Below, piece after piece: positions 59,711 to 64,000 of a stretch of 64,000 nucleotides of DNA. Each line of letters begins with the position of its first letter. Within the stretch, counting starts at the first letter, position 1. Source of the DNA: Eledone cirrhosa (lineage: Eukaryota); assembly GCA_964016885.1 (NCBI GenBank), contig OZ024758.1, positions 3,782,001-3,846,000 of the forward strand, read 5' to 3'. Below the pieces are notes generated by a model. The model ran no database searches. It saw nothing but the letters and a program-made list of their open reading frames with translations, and had not been told where the DNA came from. The position numbers and the translations under genes are program-made.

Positions 59711-60035
59711 ATGTATATATGTGTGTGTGTATGTATATATGTGTGTGTGTATGTATATATATGTGTGTGTATGTATATATATGTGTGTGTATGTATATAT
59801 ATATGTGTGTATGTATATATATATGTGTGTATGTATATATATATGTGTGTATGTATATATATATGTGTGTGTATGTATATATATATGTGTGTGTATGTAT
59901 ATATATATGTGTGTGTATGTATATATATATGTGTGTGTATGTATATATATATATATATATATATTTATTATATATTTGTCTTCCTCCGGTTGCAACGTTT
60001 TTGAAATATTCACTTCTGCGTTCAGATTGACTTTG

Positions 60036-60193
60036 TTAGTTTCAGAAGATCCCGTTAAGGGTGAAAGCAGCGATTCTTTGCTTAAACTTTAATCTGTTAT
60101 TTTAATAAATATTTGCTCTACAGTTCTTATATATGATATATATTTATCCTTATCGAGCCCTCTTTGGATTTTAGTCTTCAAATTTATTATTAT

Positions 60194-60198
<5 letters not shown>
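60036..60198 (+). mobile_element. Family B collinear copy with a hammerhead-like fold at 60038-60088
   Basis: agttt CAGAAGA t-ccc-gttaa-ggg-t GAA AGCA..TGCT T aaact; ends tacta-(TA)n. Confidence 0.65.
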
Positions 60199-60229
<31 letters not shown>

Positions 60230-60361
60230 TAAACTTGCACTGAATTATACTACTGTATTCAAATTAGCTGATCTAGCCAGTGGCTCATCTACATAGCGAT
60301 GTACAGTCATCATATAATATCACAAAACAGTTTCCTTCCATATGTACACATGGATATATCA

Positions 60362-60409
<48 letters not shown>

Positions 60410-60819
60410 TTGTGTGTGCGTGTCACTATGGAAGAGTGATGTTGTATATGTGTGCTTGTAAGTGTGAGAGTGATTTGTTTTTTATCGAAAGGCAAACTGT
60501 GTGAAATCCCAACGGATAGATTTCTAGTTGAACTTCAAAGGGCACCGCCATGTCAGTTAGTGTGTCACGCTGACACAACGTTAGAATTACATTAAGTGCT
60601 CACGTGTCTGTAGAATAACCATTCATGCATAAACTGAATTTTCAGATGATCGAATGCTTGATTGCTCATCTTTGAAACCGACGCATGCCCTACCATTGGC
60701 ACATTATCTTTGTACATTGTATATGTCTGCACATATATAGTGCGCCTAATTTGCAGCACACCAAACACTTAATATCATGCTGGCTTTCTGACTACTTTTT
60801 TTTTAACAGATAATTTCTT

Positions 60820-61452
60820 TCTCTTTTGCTATCTCTCTTTCTTTCGTTCTATCTATCTTTCTTTCTTTCTTTCTCTCGTTCTTTCTTTTTCTCTCATTCT
60901 TTCTTTCTCTCTCTCTTTCTGTCTTTCTCTCTTTGTATTTCTCTCTTTCTGTCTCTTTCTTCTTTCTATCTTTCTTTATCTCTCTTTCTCATTGTCTCTC
61001 TCTGTCTCTCTTTGTCTCTTTCTCTTTGTTTCTTTCTCTTTGTCTCTTTCTCTTTGTCTCTTTCCCTCTATCTTTGTTTCTCTCTTTTTCTCTTTCTCTC
61101 TCTCATCTTTTTCTCTCTCTCTCTCTTTCTTGTTTGCATTCTTACTCTCTCTATAAATTCATTTTCTCTTCTTTCTCTTCTAATCGTCTCTTCTGTTGCA
61201 TCCATCATGAGGATTTCTGTTTACCTCTTCAGTTCTCAGTTCTCGGCCAAGCCCTCCTCCCTCAACCCATTCACAAACCCCTCTTCCCCCTCCTTCTTTC
61301 TTATAATTCTTCGTCTGACGAAATTGTTTTGTAAATTTTTTTCTATCCTGTCTTACATTCTCTCGTCGCTATTTTCCTGTTCAAATAAGTGAACACACAC
61401 GTTCATGTATATATATATGTATGTGTGTATGTATATATATATATGTGTGTTG

Positions 61453-61491
<39 letters not shown>

Positions 61492-61970
61492 ATGTATATA
61501 TATATATATATGTGTGTGTGTATATATAGATATGTGTGTGTGTATATATATGTATATATTTATATGCATACATGTATATATATATATGTATTTATATATG
61601 TGTGTGTGTGTGTGTATATATATGTATATATTTATATGCATACATGTATATATATATATGTATTTATATATGTGTGTGTGTATATATATGTATATATGTA
61701 TATGCATACATGTATATATATATATGTATATATATGTGTGTGTGTGTATGTATATATTTATATGCATACATGTATATATATATATGTATATATATGCATA
61801 CATGTATATATGTATATGTATGCATGCGTGTATGTATATATATGTATATATTTATATGCATACATGTATATATATATATGTATATGTATGCATGCGTGTA
61901 TATATGTATATATATGTATGTATGCATGCCTGTATATATATATATATGAATACATGCCTATATTTATATT
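60820..61970. repeat. (TC/TTTC)n field followed by a (TA/TG)n field
   Basis: Low complexity. Confidence 0.85.
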
Positions 61971-62237
61971 TTAAAAATCTTTTTATACCTACTCCTTGAG
62001 TTACTATAACCATTGGACTTCCTGCCTGTACAAATAATAACGATTCTTCTCCCTCTTCTGAACATACCTCTCATACTATCATACTCCTACTCCGCCTCCT
62101 CCCCTTCACCCTCCTCCTACTCCACCTCCTCATCATCATCATCATCATCAGCCATTTCCTCGACATAATCATTGCGAACAAGATGGTTATTGACATCGTC
62201 ATCATCACAACTCTAGAAGATTACATAACTGTAACAC

Positions 62238-62700
62238 AGTAGTGGTAGTAGTAGTGGTAGTGGTAGTAGTAGTAGTAGTAATGGTTGTAGTATTGGTGGT
62301 GGTGATCTTAGTAATAGTAGTAGAAGCAGCAGCAGCAGTAATGGTGGTGATAGCTTTAGTAGTATTACTGGTAGTGGTTGTTTTAGTAGTAGTAGTAGTA
62401 GTATCGGCGGTGGTGGTTTTAGTAGTAGAAATAGTAGTAGTGGTGGTGATTTTAGTAATAGTAGTAGAAGCAGCAGCAGTAAGAGTGGTGGTGGTGGCAG
62501 TAGTAGTAGTACTAGTAGTAGTGGTAGTTGTCGTGGTGGTGGTGTTAGTTTTAGTAGTAGTAGTTGTGGTGGTGATTTATGTAATAATAGTAGAAGCAGC
62601 AGCGGTTATAATGGTGGTGGTGGTGGTAGTGGCTGTAGTAGTAGTAGTAGTGGTAGTTGTTGTGGTGGTGCTAGGGGTAGTAGTAGCAGTGGGGAGTGGC
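62238..62700. repeat. (GTA/GTG)n degenerate microsatellite
   Basis: Trinucleotide periodicity. Confidence 0.85.
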
Positions 62701-62842
62701 TGTTGGGGTCGGGCCATAACGACGATGGCTAGAAATCTAAAAATCAATTAATTGACGTGGTCAATACTCATTACAGTGCTTGGCTGAATGATTAGATGTT
62801 GCAACAAAACTGGCTGGTAAGTGCAGTGTGAGGGAGTGGGGA

Positions 62843-62980
62843 GAGGTGGAGTGAGAGCTGGGAGAGATAGAGGTGGAGTGAGAGCTGGGAGAGATAGAGG
62901 TGGAGTGAGAGCTGGGAGAGATAGAGGTGGAGTGAGAGCTGGCAGAGATAGAGGGGGAGTGAGAGCTGGCAGAGATAGAG
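62843..62980. repeat. 27-bp minisatellite (gaggtggagtgagagctgggagagata), about 5 units
   Basis: Tandem periodicity. Confidence 0.9.
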
Positions 62981-63294
62981 GAAGAGTTTGTTTGAGAGAC
63001 GGGATCATAGCTGAATCTGTGTGCATATGAGAGAAAAAGAAAGCCTGAGTATGCGAGAGTAGCGAGTTTGTGTATGTGTTTGAGAGAGGGATACAATGAA
63101 AAAGGGAAACATAGAGAGAGAGAGAGCGAGCGGGCTGGCTAGCGAGGGTAATGTGCTTCTGGGGAAGAGGGGTGGGGGCCTAGAGTATAGAAAGAGATTA
63201 TTGGAATAATATACACGAAGAGTTATGTGTCAGACAGGCATAAATAATAAGGATCGATAGAATAAACACAGCCTACAAAACGTATCGAAAAATA

Positions 63295-63850
63295 TGAATA
63301 TATATATATATGTGTGTTTATGTATGTATATGTATTTATATACTTATGTATGTATATATATATATGTATGTATGTGTATATGTATATACATATGTATGTG
63401 TATATGTATATACATATGTATGTGTATATGTATATACATATGTATGTGTATATATATATGTATGTATGTGTATGTGTATATATATATGTATGTATGTGTA
63501 TGTGTATATATATATGTATGTATGTGTATATGTATATATATATGTATATATATATGTATATGTATGTGTATATGTATATATATATGTATGTATATATATG
63601 TGTATATGTATATGTATATGTGTGTATATATATATGTATGTGTATATGTATATATATATGTATGTGTATATGTATATGTATATATGTGTATATGTATATG
63701 TATATATGTGTATATGTATGTGTATATATGTATGTATATATGTGTATATGTATGTGTATATATGTGTGTATATATGTGTATATATCTGTATATATATATG
63801 TATATATATATATGTATGTGTATATATATATGTATATGTATGTATATAAG
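63295..63850. repeat. (TATG/TA/TG)n microsatellite field
   Basis: Low complexity. Confidence 0.9.
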
Positions 63851-64000
63851 AGGGTGTTAAAGTTTGCTTGAAGCATTGTGAAATATGTAAAATATGTAGT
63901 TTAGAAAGCCACAACAATGCAGATGTATGTGTATGTATGTATGTATGTATGTATATACATACAAACTTATACATATATTTTTGTGACTAGTCTCTGTAAC

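Overview
AT-rich, microsatellite-saturated metazoan intergenic/intronic DNA. From the repeat content it is most likely an octopus (coleoid cephalopod) genome; this is an inference. I found no recognisable host gene, and almost all ORFs in the track are translated simple repeats. The non-simple sequence is dominated by mobile elements. (1) About 30 copies of a tRNA-headed SINE with a Nin/Deu-like central domain and an ATT tail, several stacked at one target site. (2) Small TIR elements (Tc1/mariner-like, hAT-like, piggyBac-like). (3) The most interesting signal: several families of short elements sitting in (TA)n arrays that carry type I minimal hammerhead ribozyme motifs. Two motifs are complete (144-218 and 59213-59283, both minus strand), and many copies are fold-backs whose inversion centre lies at ribozyme stem II. 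A decayed Penelope-like RT-thumb plus GIY-YIG coding relic lies between TA arrays at about 48100-48817. Together these suggest a (TA)n-targeting Penelope-like retroelement system with a stereotyped twin-primed or snap-back insertion structure. All alignments and folds were done by eye, and repeat boundaries are approximate.
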